Assembly: GCA_012295275.1 (NCBI GenBank)
Contig: CM022668.1
Span: 8,432,001-8,496,000, forward strand
Origin: Chrysomallon squamiferum
Lineage: Eukaryota; Animalia; Mollusca
DNA length: 64,000 nucleotides
Direction of reading: 5' to 3'
The stretch's first letter is position 1. Every line of letters begins with the position of its first letter. The translations under genes and the position numbers were made by a program. The notes under the pieces are model-generated. The model saw only the letters and a list, made by a program, of their open reading frames with translations, was not told where the DNA came from and made no database searches. Positions 22,781 through 35,833 of this stretch are shown in pieces.

Positions 22781-23529
22781 GACAATAATTAAATGTGCAG
22801 GATCACTGAAAATTAACTAGAGATATTTCATTAGTCAGCGCTTGCCAACTTTTATTTATCTGTCAACTTAATCTTCATCTGCTTTCGCTTCAGGCCTGAA
22901 GCATACCGGGTTCGAGACTCGTTACTGGTCTAATTTTATTATTTATTGTTTAAATGCGAGTATTTCTCTCGCTGGATGATGTGGTCGTGTGTATATATCA
23001 ATGTGTATTTTTGAAAATAATTAATTAGTTGTTTTGTCATTTAGTTATGCTACTTCTACCACTACTACTTCTACTACTACAACTACAACAACAACTACCA
23101 CTACTATTGCTTTGTTGTTTCTGTTCTTATTTTGAATAACAACTATAACAACAACAACAACAACTTATATTTTTCAAATTTTCTTACACAAGTTAATACA
23201 GTTTAACATTGAATTTGCAGTGAAATACGGATGCGTCAGTTTATTGACTATTGAAGTGATTAAACTGTACATTGATCAAGCCAGTTATTAATTTGGATCT
23301 CTAATTTTCACGCAGAAACTAAATATTTATTGTCAGCTGCAGATAAGAAAAGATCGCTGCGGTGTCCAAAGTAAACATACTTTGAAGAGAGAGAAACTAG
23401 TTTAATTAATTAACCGCGCCGTTGTTTAATATTGTATTAATATAAGCAAACTAGCAGGTGTATATAAATTGAATATTCTTCTCGAAGCAGGAAAGGTTTA
23501 ACTGAGAGCTGCCGTCTTAATGGTAGCAG

Positions 23530-23860
23530 GATGACGTTTAAGTGATGACGTTTCAGAAGAACGTATACGTGTAAAATCAGCTCTTAGCGTGTTGCAGTAA
23601 TAGTTTTCACTCTTCCTGTCCCGACTATTGGTTTATTAATTAATTAATTAATTAATTTATTATTATTATTATTACAAAAGCTGACAAAAAGAGCATTTTA
23701 AAATGTTAACTTTGTAAAAGTTCGACTATAATGTATGAAGAAAGCTGATGACGTCACCCGTTGTTATTACAATTGATGACGTTGTCATGTCTCTGTGACA
23801 AACCAAAATGGCCGAAGACATTTCAGGAATTTCCTTTTGCTTTTTCTTTTAAATGTGTAA
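23530..23860 (+). promoter_or_regulatory. Putative CRE-rich promoter and non-coding first exon of orphan gene P1
   Basis: Full CRE TGACGTCA 23749-23756, further TGACGT half-sites at ~23532, 23547 and 23776, a YY1-like AAAATGGCCG at ~23805, and a donor GTAAG at 23857. Confidence 0.5.
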
Positions 23861-24150
23861 GCCAAATATGAAATGAATTAATATATCTATCTATCTATCT
23901 ATATATATATATTTTTTTTTTTTCCCAATCAGACTTACTCTGAAGCAATTTCTACCGCCATTTATTTCTATGCTAGTTGAAAATTATTATTATTATTATT
24001 ATTATTATTGTTGTTGTTGTTGTTTTTGGTGTTGTTATTGTTGTTGTTTTCAATAATTAAACGTTTATGTTTTCTTTTTTCTTTTCTTTCTTTTTTTCTT
24101 TCCTTTTTATTTCTTATATTGTCAAAAGTAATATCTCCTATTTCAGAGTA

Positions 24151-25761
24151 ATGGAAGACAAGAAGTCATATTATTTCAAAAGTAAAAAAATTTATTATGA
24201 TCAGTATTTGAAACGATTAGCTCGTAACAGAGACGATCTGCTTAATCAAGGAAAACTCAATTTGGCGGAAGCTCTGGAATGTCTGCGGGTTTCTTCCATG
24301 AGCGATATGGAAACAGTTAGCACGCTGCTCTATCACCATGCAAAGTTAGCGCCAGACACGAAACGTATTTCGCCGTCAAGGAGCGAAGTCGTGCTACAGA
24401 GAAAAAACGACGAAAACACGTGTCTGCCGAGAGGAATACAAGGACGGCAAATAATTCCTATGCGTCGAATTAAAAAATATACGCTGAACGACGATTCCAC
24501 TGTTGACAACGGTGACGTCAACATGACGGCGCTACATAACCTCGAAAGGCTAAAACTGCCGGCTCCTTGGCAGAACAAGTTTGCGAATAAACAGATGGAA
24601 GGAAAGATGAAACGTGGAAAACACAGTCAGACTACGTTCAGCGAACTCCTGCACCTAGTGATAAAATCATCAGTGAGCATTCCCCATCCAGTAAGAGGCA
24701 GCTCTCCACAACAGCCAGATCTGATTCTGAAAGGAGTTAGTCAAACCAAAACCAAAACCACGAACAAACAGAAATCGAAAAAAATATATTTTCGCAAACC
24801 AGTGGAAAGAAGTGCTGGTAATTCTAGTCTTCGACTGTACAGTTTAAAAGAAAAAGCTAAAGAGGTTAAGAAGGCGCCAGTGTGTGTTGAAGGAAATAAT
24901 TCTTCTGAAGTTAGTAAAGCCAGTATTCATGTCTTACCCTCTGTCAATGACTGGTCTCCAGAAGCCGTTACACACGTCAGAGAGATGATACCACCTAGTC
25001 AAGGTGACAAAGGAGAAACAGACACCACCTCAAAAGCAAACGCGCTGGGCGCTGAACGCCAACAGTTGGCAAATACTTTGCCAAAAATAGATTCATCTGA
25101 CATAACGAAATATGTCAATATGGAAGATAAAACTTCCTGTAGTATTTTACATCTTAACATAACGTCGAACAATGATGAAAGGTCATTAAAGACGATCCAG
25201 CCATTTCACAAAAGGAATGCTTCAAAAGTGTGTTTGCTACCAACATGTCAACCTCGTAACCAAACGAACTATTCAGAAACAATTCAGGGTGAAAGTTTCG
25301 ACTTCCAGGTACCGGTTTCGGGTGTCATTCCCGACTTAAAGAAGCCAGTATCAGAAGTGAATGCAGACTCTAAGAAACCACTGCCGGAAATAAGTCCAGA
25401 ATTAAAAAAATCATTAACAGGCGTTAGTTCAGACTTGAAGAAATCATTGTCAGCTGACCTTCAACACTTCAAGAAATCAGTATCAGAAGTGAGTTTGCAG
25501 ACAGAATCGTTCCCCTCGGCTAGCTCGTCTGATAAGAACAAGCTGAACCAAGACAAACTGAGTCAGTCCTCCAACATCTCAGTAGACAGAGCAGACAACT
25601 TGCTACCTGACATTGAACAAACCACGTCAAGGAAATCGGATTCCTATGCGTCAGAAAGTCGTCTGACGACGCCAGAGCAGTATTATGAAGAAGACATGAT
25701 TAAACTTCCTGATATCCACTCCTCAAACCAACTCACAAATCAGAGATTTCAAGATTTTTAA
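24151..25761 (+). CDS. Uncharacterised K/S-rich protein P1 (536 aa, single coding exon), paralog of P2 and P3
   Basis: Long non-repetitive ORF. True start inferred at ATG 24151 after the acceptor tttcag|AGTA; the ORF-track extension from 24067 is a polypyrimidine tract. Homologous to 39652-41430 (YYDQY..LA, AL.CLRVSS, QTT.S.LLHLV.KSS.SIP, VLPSVN.WS). Confidence 0.85.
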   Translation: MEDKKSYYFKSKKIYYDQYLKRLARNRDDLLNQGKLNLAEALECLRVSSMSDMETVSTLLYHHAKLAPDTKRISPSRSEVVLQRKNDENTCLPRGIQGRQIIPMRRIKKYTLNDDSTVDNGDVNMTALHNLERLKLPAPWQNKFANKQMEGKMKRGKHSQTTFSELLHLVIKSSVSIPHPVRGSSPQQPDLILKGVSQTKTKTTNKQKSKKIYFRKPVERSAGNSSLRLYSLKEKAKEVKKAPVCVEGNNSSEVSKASIHVLPSVNDWSPEAVTHVREMIPPSQGDKGETDTTSKANALGAERQQLANTLPKIDSSDITKYVNMEDKTSCSILHLNITSNNDERSLKTIQPFHKRNASKVCLLPTCQPRNQTNYSETIQGESFDFQVPVSGVIPDLKKPVSEVNADSKKPLPEISPELKKSLTGVSSDLKKSLSADLQHFKKSVSEVSLQTESFPSASSSDKNKLNQDKLSQSSNISVDRADNLLPDIEQTTSRKSDSYASESRLTTPEQYYEEDMIKLPDIHSSNQLTNQRFQDF

Positions 25762-25827
25762 ATATCTTCATCACTGACTTTATTATAATGTTAAATTTAA
25801 CAACATCTTCCTAATACATATCTTCTT

Positions 25828-25858
<31 letters not shown>

Positions 25859-25892
25859 TTATTATTATTATTATTACTATTATTATTATTAC

Positions 25893-25923
<31 letters not shown>

Positions 25924-26279
25924 TAAGAAATAAAGAGAATTTGTATGTTTCAGTGATGGTCTGTTTTTCATGAGAATAATCTAGTGTTATCTTCACACTG
26001 TTGGTTCGAATCTCGCCAGCAGCATCTGAGAATTTATTCAGTATGCAATTGAAAATTTGAAGAGTTTTATTAAAGTACTCGTAACTGAACCTTAACTTTA
26101 TACAGATAAACATACATACATATATACGCACACACACATATGCACTAGTTTTGATAAATTAGTTATCTAACCTGTCTGTATGTGCGTGTGAAAGACAGAG
26201 AGAGGGAGAGGGAGAGGCAGAGGGAGAGGGAGAGGGAGAGGGAGAGGGAGAGGGAGAGGGAGAGGGAGAGGGAGAGGGA

Positions 26280-26384
<105 letters not shown>

Positions 26385-26587
26385 GGGAGTAAAGGAAATG
26401 AGAAACTGCCAGAGAGAAAGCAGTGATAGTAAAAGAAAGAGAAAGAAAAAAGAAAGCAACAAATGAATTTCTCATACATCTTGTTGTAGAATATGAATAA
26501 ATAATGATTAAACAAACAAACAAGCAAGCAATAGAAAGACAAATACATTAATACATATTAAATTACTTGAAATTATAAAGAAACGGC

Positions 26588-26790
26588 CTTCTACGAAAAC
26601 GATGACACGGACAACAACATTAACAACATTCATAAATGAATATAAACTGTACGACAACAGCACGGCTGTATCAAAGATAAAATTAATAGAATCGTCTTCT
26701 GACCGATTTTAAATTGCAGATTGCTGCGACATCGTATTAACATCTACATCATTTAAGTATAGCATTTAAATTAAAACAATGGGATGTACA
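26588..26790 (+). repeat. Third copy of the dispersed repeat at 9033-9235 / 9763-9968
   Basis: Nearly identical to 9754-9950 (cgatgacacggacaacaacattaacaacattcataaatg...catttaagtatagcatttaaatt). Confidence 0.85.
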
Positions 26791-27020
26791 TGTACTCTCT
26801 GTGGCAGAAATAATTGCCTTCATGTAAGGATAGGTGCAGATCAATAGCCACTTTCAGAGAGGGACAAAATGAGTTGTTTTCCATGGCAAAGCTATTTTAG
26901 TATTCATGTAAATATATCTAAGAATTCTTCTAAATAAATCTAAACATTGCAATGACCAATGGTATATCTACCCGAAAGTATTAAAAGTTATAACTATAAT
27001 ATTCAGTAAACTAATTTAAA

Positions 27021-27076
27021 AGTGGGCATGTCGCACAAACTCAGTTAACAAGTCATTATCCCATTGTAGTAAAATA
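27021..27076 (+). repeat. 56-bp perfect direct repeat, copy 1 (copy 2 at 30125-30180)
   Basis: agtgggcatgtcgcacaaactcagttaacaagtcattatcccattgtagtaaaata is identical at both sites. Confidence 0.9.
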
Positions 27077-27247
27077 CAAATGTCACAGTTTGTTACAGTA
27101 ATAACTATATGTTTACTAATTAATTAACTAATGTTAAATCTCCACATTTCTTCGTGTTGGCTTCTTACAGAGGAGGGAGATACTCGCATACAAAACTTCC
27201 ATTTCAGATCCTTAGATCACCCACTACAATCACCATTTCTTTCCGAT

Positions 27248-27516
27248 GGTCAGTGATTCCTGTGAAAGTATCTGTCACAGGTGTTTTCATTAATTTACCT
27301 GATTTTACCTGTTTAATTACACCGTAATACTGCTCTCCACAACATTTAAAACAATGGGACACTAATTATCTCTGCTCGTTAACTGAATTTGACATGATAG
27401 ATGAGGGCGCATCTAAACATGCTTGTAGGGGGTTCTGAATAGGAAGGTTTGTTAAAAGTAACAGATTACATATGATTTATACTCATTGCCCATGTTTAAC
27501 TAATTTCACCTGATCT
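27248..27516 (-). repeat. Dispersed repeat, copy 2 (inverted relative to 7516-7768)
   Basis: Reverse-complement similarity to 7516-7768. Confidence 0.7.
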
Positions 27517-27730
27517 CAAATTTTACTTCTCAAGTTAAACATAAATGTGACACCTTATTAAAATGTACTTGAATTAAAAGTGGCAATAACGTTGTTCGTC
27601 AGTGTGTGTGTGGCAGCTGTATATTAAACACGGCAGACACACACATACACATATAAACACATAAACACGTAGATATATATATAAATGTACACAAAGACAT
27701 AATCATCATCGTCAACGTCATCTTCATCGG

Positions 27731-27764
<34 letters not shown>

Positions 27765-28955
27765 GTTGTTGTTGTTGTTGTTGTTGTTTTTATTATTATT
27801 ATTATTATTATTATTAGTAGTAGTAGTAGTAGTAGTAGTAGTATTATTCTTGTTGCCTATTTATTTATTTATATATATTTTTATTATTTTTATCATTCTG
27901 GTGACTGAAACTCTTTTGGTGATATAAAGTATAAAAAGAAACAATTTAATTATGATCATATCTGTCAGCAACAACAAGAACAACAACAACATTAATAATA
28001 ATACACAATTTTGAAAATATTTACACTGCTGATTTGAAACAGACAAATATACATGAACGAAATGAAAGGGAGATAAATCTTTCTTTTATTTATCCATTTA
28101 TCTATTTATGTATTCATATATATATATATATATATAAACCGAAAGTCTTATCACTTATTATTGTTGTTTACGGTTATTGTTTATTTATTTATTTATTTTT
28201 TACTATGAACCTATCTTTAGTTGATATTATAACCTATTCTCTTAAATATAATTTTATTCTTCTTTCCACTAACCGAAAATATATGCCACATTAATGCAAC
28301 AAGACAGGCAACCCATTTAAGAAAAAGAGAATAGGGAACAGGAAAATGGATAATCGATTAGGCTGAATTACAGAAATGTCTATCCGAATGAACTTATCAC
28401 ATCATATACTCTTCTGTTTTTCAAGTTTTAGTTACCGTTTAACTTAATCTTTCTTAATTATAATAATTATATTATTTTATTTTATATATATATATATACT
28501 TTTTTTTTTCCTTCTACCAGTGTGTTCATAAAAAACAGAACAACAGTATTACGTTATCTGTGTTACGTTGCATTGCGATTGTGTTTACGTCACAAAGTCG
28601 AACTGCTTCAATCAGAAGAAATATGGGGAGTTGGTAAATTATTTTTTTATATTTTATGTCTTAATTTTATTTATTAATTTTTTTTGGTATTTATTTTATT
28701 GTCAAAAACAATAATTAATTCAGACGCTGGCCTTTTAATAACCATTTATCAGCCGTCATGTAATTTCAAAAGTTCGTGTGTCTTTAGTCGCTTGTTTTTA
28801 TTTTTCTATTTTCTGTTGTATAGATATATGTATGTATGTATGTGTATGTGTGTATCTATGTATGCATGCATGTGTATGTCTGTGGGTATGTATGTATGTA
28901 ACATATTATAGAGTATACATATATATGCTTTCGTGTGTAAATTTATTATAGGCTA

Positions 28956-29552
28956 ATGGCAAGACCAGGCCTTGAGTCCAGGAAGTGGATGCGACATTCA
29001 CCATGGTTCCCGGATGTAGAAACACAACACCAAGCCCAGTACATCCGACATTTGGCGTACCTTCACGACAATCTGTTCGATGTACAGTCGAGGTACCACT
29101 GGAACACTCTCGAAACGCTGCATCTTATTCCGCCGTCCAAAATAGTCAAAGTTGAATATCCGCGAATGAGGAGACCAGAAGAATTACCGGCACTGCAGGA
29201 ATTCGCAAGATTTTTGGATGTATCTGGCAAACGGATATCTAAATCTAAGGAAAATGTGAAACCATTATTTCTACACGGGCAACAGATACATGTTACACCA
29301 GCGAACGAGCGAATATATAATTCATTTTCAAAGAGACATCGAATAGAATACAAATTGCCACAGGGGATGCGTTTGGTAAAACCAAGTGAACCAAGACGTA
29401 TGGAAGACAGGTTCAACTCTCGGCGCTGGTTTTCAGGGTATGGTAAGAATTTAGTGCAACTGACGCCTAATTCGTATAAAATGTTTCTGCTTCCACATGC
29501 GAACACAATGTCAGTGCAGGAAGACAAGGACTCCATTGATTCAAAGTATTAA
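28956..29552 (+). CDS. Uncharacterised basic protein P2 (198 aa, single coding exon), distant paralog of P1/P3
   Basis: Non-repetitive ORF after the acceptor ttatag|GCTA ATG. Ungapped alignment of QYIRHLAYLHDNLF...TLETL with P1 QYLKRLARNRDDLL...ALECL. Upstream TTACGTCA 28585-28592 and donor at 28634; AATAAA at ~29605. Confidence 0.8.
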   Translation: MARPGLESRKWMRHSPWFPDVETQHQAQYIRHLAYLHDNLFDVQSRYHWNTLETLHLIPPSKIVKVEYPRMRRPEELPALQEFARFLDVSGKRISKSKENVKPLFLHGQQIHVTPANERIYNSFSKRHRIEYKLPQGMRLVKPSEPRRMEDRFNSRRWFSGYGKNLVQLTPNSYKMFLLPHANTMSVQEDKDSIDSKY

Positions 29553-29770
29553 AACTGTGCATCTCTGAAAAGATCGTAGAATATATTTCATCAAATATTT
29601 ATTAAATAAATCTGTCTACGTCTCTCTTTCATTTAACTTGAGTTATGTTTTAAAATGTTGCGTGAATGAACGAAAAACAAGAGGTTAAGAACAAACAAAT
29701 AAATAAATAATTAACAGGCGAGAAAATCAATAAACATGTTGAAAATTCGTAAGTAAATGAATAATAATAA

Positions 29771-29856
<86 letters not shown>

Positions 29857-30124
29857 TAAAAATAAATGAATAAATAAATAAAAATAAAAACCTGAAACAT
29901 TAAGTGAACCGATATTTATTTATATAATTATTCTTAGAGTTTTAATTGGAAATAGATATTCAATAAATAAATAAATAAACTAATTAATAAATGATTAAAA
30001 CTGAAATTAGTGTTTATAAAAGCCACCTAAATTCCGTGAATACTGTTGTTGTAAAGTAGAGATTATCTCCCTTACTCCATGAGCGATGAAACGTACACGT
30101 TAGCTGGCATCAAAAAGTTTATAT

Positions 30125-30180
30125 AGTGGGCATGTCGCACAAACTCAGTTAACAAGTCATTATCCCATTGTAGTAAAATA
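30125..30180 (+). repeat. 56-bp perfect direct repeat, copy 2
   Basis: Identical to 27021-27076. Confidence 0.9.
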
Positions 30181-32323
30181 TTGGGTGAAGTAAGGTGAAA
30201 GTAAAGTTTTCTTCTGCACACAATATACAGATTAAACAAGAAAATGGCTATTAACGTGTAATTTACATTATAATGTTCATGCGATGATAAACATTCAGAA
30301 AAGGGATTTTGTTCACTGACACAACAAACATCCACAAGAAATGTGCGCGCGCGTACGCACGCAAAAAAACACATACATACACCTATATACAAGTTCACAT
30401 AGATAAACACGTACACAAAGTGTCACACTCACACACGTACACATACACACACACACACTCAGACACATACATATTCACATAAATACAAGTTTATCATCTC
30501 CGATTTGTTAAAACCCCATTGCTACACAGTCAGTTTAGGGCCAGATTAACCAAACTCCTATAATATTAGTAGAATAGTCTCCGGCTATTCAAATTTGATA
30601 TGTGCTGTGACTCTGTATTAGTTATATGTAGTAAATGCGACATAAAATTAATAATTATTATTATTGCCTTATATGACTGAATGTTAATAAAAAGACTCAG
30701 AAAAGATGTTTTAAAAATTATATTAATGTAGATATATCGCAAGATGCTATTACATTGTTATTATTTTTAAAAAAAAACGTTTATTTTTTTAAATTCTTTT
30801 TGTGTATGTATGTATTTAAGAATTAAAGAATGCATTGTCAGAGGCAATTCTGTTAATATATATATATAAAAAAAATCATTTTCTAATTTTGTCTTCAGGG
30901 ATTCCAGTTGCCTTAAAGTTGACCATTGTAATGTTTATTACAGTGTGCTTTGGTGCTTTGTCTTTATATTTATTATTTTGTTATCGTATTTAAAAACATT
31001 TATTTACATGCATACAACCTTTTAAAACTATATACAGCAGCGTTCAGACATTTATAGAACGAAACAGTACATTTCTAAATGTATTTAAACTGTTTCAAAA
31101 ACTATTTAGAAAGTATCCTTTCTAAAAAAAGATCTATCAATATTGTAACATTTAATACCAGTGCATTTCTACAAACAACGACATTTCAAAAATCTGTTTA
31201 AAACTATTTTAGACACCATTTAGAAGATCGTAATCTAGATAGTCCATCTCTTTTGTTTTATTTATTTGACCCTTTTCCTGCACATTAAGTTTATTTCTAT
31301 TGGTTGGTCAAATGGCTTCGTCAAACTTTTTGTACTTTGTATTATTACTTGTCTATGGGTTTCGCGGATGTGAGTTTGCTTTTGAAGGATGGGCTGTGCA
31401 ATCGGATTTTTCTGTGAACCGTAATTTGTTTTCACTTGAGTTTCTAGTTTCAAGTTTGTTCACAATTAGCTGAGTCCATTACGCCGTTTTCAAGAAGTGC
31501 TTCTGAACTAGTTTTAGGTTGAGGGGTGGGAACAAAATTAAGGTCTCGGTCCAATACTGACTTTTCGGCGGTTGTTAGAAAGTTATCGTTTCCTGTTAGC
31601 TTTACGATGTTTGTACCTAACTCTGTATTATGGTGGTTAATACCTTTACCTGAATTTAGTTTAAATTTAAGTTATTTAGCCAATATAAGTATATTCTGTT
31701 GACTGTTATTATTATTACATCATGTGACTGAATAAACAGAGTCAGAAAAGATGCATTAATTTTTTTTTTAACTTAGACATTTCGCAAGATGCTATTATTG
31801 TGGGAGGGTTTTCGGGGGGGGGGTAATTTTTATTTATTTATATGTATATGCACATATATATATATATGTGTGTGTGTATTTGTGAACTGCTTTTAACCAC
31901 GTTTCTTGTAAACGACAAAATGAAATATCTGACTCAAATTTGAAGTTGTCTTCACAAAATTAAAACAAAAACAAAGCTCTACATTTAATTAAGATGAATA
32001 TCTGAGGAAAATAACAGCATATTTTGTTCGTGTTTAAATTCATGTTTCTGAAGTAAATAACAAATATATATGAACAGACCTTAACCACTCAAAAACTTAG
32101 ACGTAGTCAGATTTATTTATTTTTAATGTTTACCACATTTCTCCGTATGCATGAAGCTGCTGCTGTAGACTAATTTATTTATTTATGAACATACATATTA
32201 ATTCCTTCGTTCGTTAGGCAATTTATTTAATATTTCGTTTTCAAATGCATCGTTCTTACTTATTATCTTTGTTGTTTTATTCATTTTCATTTTATTTTAT
32301 TTTATTTTATTTTATGATTTCAG

Positions 32324-33915
32324 TTCAAGGGTTGGCAAAGGTCGAGTCGTTTGGCTGTATTTCTTCTGTCTGCTGCTTGTAGCTTGTTGGTACAACTTTG
32401 TTGTTTGGAATAGAATTTGTAAGTAATAACACATATACCACTGTTGTTTTTCTTCTTTTCTTTTCAATTTCATTTTTTTCTTTCTCATTTTATGTTTCAT
32501 TTGCTTTCGATAAATTTTGTTTTATTTTTTATTGTTTGTTTGTAATTGTTTTCCACATATCATAAAGTTTTGCGCTAGTGTTTAGATTTGCAGTTTTAAG
32601 GAAATCTACAGATTTTTTTGTTTATTATATCGATATCTCTCTTTGTTAATTAAATATACTAAAAATTATCTTAAAACTTAGGATAACATTAATTTGATTT
32701 CATTATTTACTATCTTTATTATTATTATTTTTCACACCAGGTTTATCTGTCCTGTCAAAAACAGAAAAAAAGAAAAATGATATCCAGAATACGTACAGAG
32801 TGGGACAAGATGATACAAGGACAAATGACATGAAGCACATATACGTTGAGCAACAAAATCATGCAACTAAAAACGATATCCGGGATGTGTATGCTGAGCG
32901 AAAAAAGAAATTACAAGACGTTTGTCTCACAAATCCTCCTGGTTTCGCAAGACGGATTCTCACTCACGACATCTACAAACTTTCTTATTGTGCGGTGCCT
33001 AAGGCGGGATGTACATACTGGATAAACGTCTTCCGCTTCCTGTACAATGATACAGATGGAATAAAAGTTAAGTCCCCTGAAGAAATACCGCGGAAGATTA
33101 CTCATTTTAGTAAACTGATCAACTTAAAATTTTATAATATGAAGACTGCAGAGAAACTTTTACCCAACACTCTTCGTTTCTTATTCACTCGTGATCCCTA
33201 TATAAGACTTTGGTCTGCCTATGTAGACAAATTTCTTCTTCCAGACTTCTGGTGCTCTGATGGAATTGGTATAGCCGCCCGACGACCACAGTCACGTCGT
33301 CGTACAGGAAATAGAAACTGCGGCAATGACGTTACTTTTGAAGAATTTCTGGAAACTGTCGTTTCTGGGAATCCTGCCAGTCTCAACGAACACTGGAGTC
33401 CTGTCAGTTACATGTGTGATCCGTGTAAGTTCAAGCCTGATGTGATTGGTACCATTGAGACATTTTCTAGAGACGTCGAATACATTTTATCAAAAGTCGG
33501 TCTGTCTCGTTTGATCAGCAACTACAGCCACCAGACACACGTAGAACACGAAATGAAGATGCTAACTGATTATAATTTCCAGTTATTGAAAATATTGCCT
33601 TGTGGTAAGTCATGCCTCGATGAACAGCTAGTTGCGACTCTGTTATGGAAAACGTTTCAAATAAACGGATATCTGCCACTGGATACACAATTACCCAGCG
33701 AGAAACTGAAAGACATAAATGCTAGACTGTTGAAAGATTTAGTTGTTAAGACATACAGAGAAAATCCTCTCTCCAGAGATCAAGTGAAACAACAAAGACA
33801 ACATTTCTTATCGGAAGCGTTTAGATCAGTACCTGCAGAAATTATTTCAAAGTTAAAAACTCTTTATGCGACAGATTTTTTAATGTTTAACTATGATCCA
33901 AATCCATCCTGGTAG
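32324..33915 (+). CDS. Golgi carbohydrate sulfotransferase (Sulfotransfer_2 family, CHST8-14/HNK-1ST-like); start exon not located
   Basis: TM exon 32324-32418 (SRVGKGRVVWLYFFCLLLVACWYNFVVWNRI, type II anchor) splices in phase to the catalytic exon 32741-33915, which has the 5'-PSB YCAVPKAGCT, the 3'-PB RDPYIRLWSAY, NEHWSP...CDPC...IGTIETF and a terminal LYATDFLMFNY. Confidence 0.92.
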
Positions 33916-33937
33916 CAGGCTAATAAAATCATTAACA

Positions 33938-34022
33938 TCAATAATAAATCAGTAAGATCAGTAATAAATCAGTAAGATCAGTAATAAATCAGTAAGATCA
34001 GTAATAAATCAGTAACATCAAT
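33938..34022 (+). repeat. 20-bp tandem repeat x4 in the sulfotransferase 3'UTR, each unit containing AATAAA
   Basis: Unit taataaatcagtaagatcag. Confidence 0.8.
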
Positions 34023-34602
34023 AACAACAAGAAGATTCAACAATACGAAGACTAGAAAAGCAACAAAAACCAAGTGAAAATAACTACAACAACAGCAACG
34101 TTTACTACAAGAACGAAGGATACGTAATATCTTCCACAGATAAGGAAGAGAGATCCAGTAATTCACTTGGTGGTCTCAGACATGACAGTCTGCTGGAGCA
34201 ATTCATTACAGAAAATACTTAAAACTGATTTATCAAAAGACACTATTTTTGTTGTTGTTATTATTATTATATTTATTATTACTATTATGTTTGTAATGTT
34301 GTGATATACTATATTCGTGAAATAAATGTTGTAATGAAATACGTATTGTATCTATTTATTTATAATATGTACGTACATTCTGAAATAAGGCTATTTGTAT
34401 GTGATTCATATAAAAGTTCTTTCACTGCTGAAAGAATGGAATGGAAAGCTGCAGCTATTTTTCTTTTATTATACACGTGCAGGCCCGCGCGCGCGCACCC
34501 ACACACACAATAAATGAAACCTTATCTTGTCATTTGTTCTGTGTATTTGTATATGTGTGTATGTGTGTGCGTGCATAATTTTCTATATATATATATATAT
34601 AT

Positions 34603-34801
<199 letters not shown>

Positions 34802-35675
34802 TGTATTAAGTGTGGTCAATAAGGTAAATCTTGTACCAGTTTGGTTTTGAAAAACAAATGCGAATCACAGCGGACATCAAAGATAAGAGAAAGACAGAAA
34901 CGTCTGGTGTTAACCAGATCAGAAATGAAACCAGCTACGTGACTATCACTCGTGCGAGATAACATTAATTAAGTATCGATTGAGCTCAGGTGAAAATAAC
35001 TTACCTGCAGGAATTCAAACATACATAAACACGTCAGTCAAAGAAATAAAGTATCGATTAATTAACCTTCATATATCTTACTTTATATCCATCAGGCTAA
35101 AATAAACAGACAGTGTTTGTAATGCACTGTCACTGTAAAACGTTTATTAAAATTAATATAGAAGAAAGGATACAGAGAAAGACACAGACACAAACTTATT
35201 CAAAGTAGAAATAAATACAAATATTCACAGACACACATACTCATATACACGATGTATGTATGTTTGTCCATCCGTCTGCCGCTCTCTGTGTCTGTCTGTA
35301 GAAAATTACATGTATGCATCTGTATGAACGTATTTAGTAATAATTAAAGAAAACTGAGAAATGTAGTAATTTTCTAATGTCATATATAGGAACTCAAGTT
35401 GATTTAAAGTTAATCGTAATGTTATAACCGTGTCCTTTAATGTTAATTATCTTGTACTGTTTTGTTTCTGTGTACATATTTATTATCATATTTTAAACCT
35501 TTATTCATATGTATGTATGCATGCATGTGTGTGTATGTCTGTATGTATGTATTTAGTTTGTATGTGTATGTATGTATGTATATGCTTGAATGTATATATG
35601 TATATGTATGTATGGATGAATGTATATAATATATAGAATAAGATTTTGAATAGTCTCTCTCGTATGTACGTCTGA

Positions 35676-35833
35676 ATAGACTCTGCACATAGACAATATT
35701 CGGGAACGCACTGGCGCAGGAGGACAAAGTCGAATCATGACCTCACAAACCCGTCAGATGCCGCCGACGAGACTCGAACGTGTGACACACATTCACCTGC
35801 AATCCGAATGCGGACGACGTTACCATTCGCCCA
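35676..35833 (-). mobile_element. tRNA-derived SINE (most complete copy); a second degenerate copy at ~36000-36080
   Basis: Minus strand has a Pol III A-box-like TGGGCGAATGG and a B-box GTTCGAGTC, followed by a body shared with copies at 18003, 42112, ~26004 and ~718. Confidence 0.7.

Noticed and set aside
24067-24150. Hydrophobic N-terminus (MFSFFFSFF...) suggesting a signal peptide on P1
   Set aside because: It is the intronic polypyrimidine tract; the paralog P3 starts at the equivalent ATG after the acceptor.
29063-29536. 157-aa antisense ORF over P2
   Set aside because: Shadow ORF; the plus-strand ORF has family homology, a splice acceptor and a poly(A) signal.
35676-35833. tRNA gene
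   Set aside because: A/B boxes are present but I see no cloverleaf, and multiple diverged copies share a downstream body, so it is a SINE.
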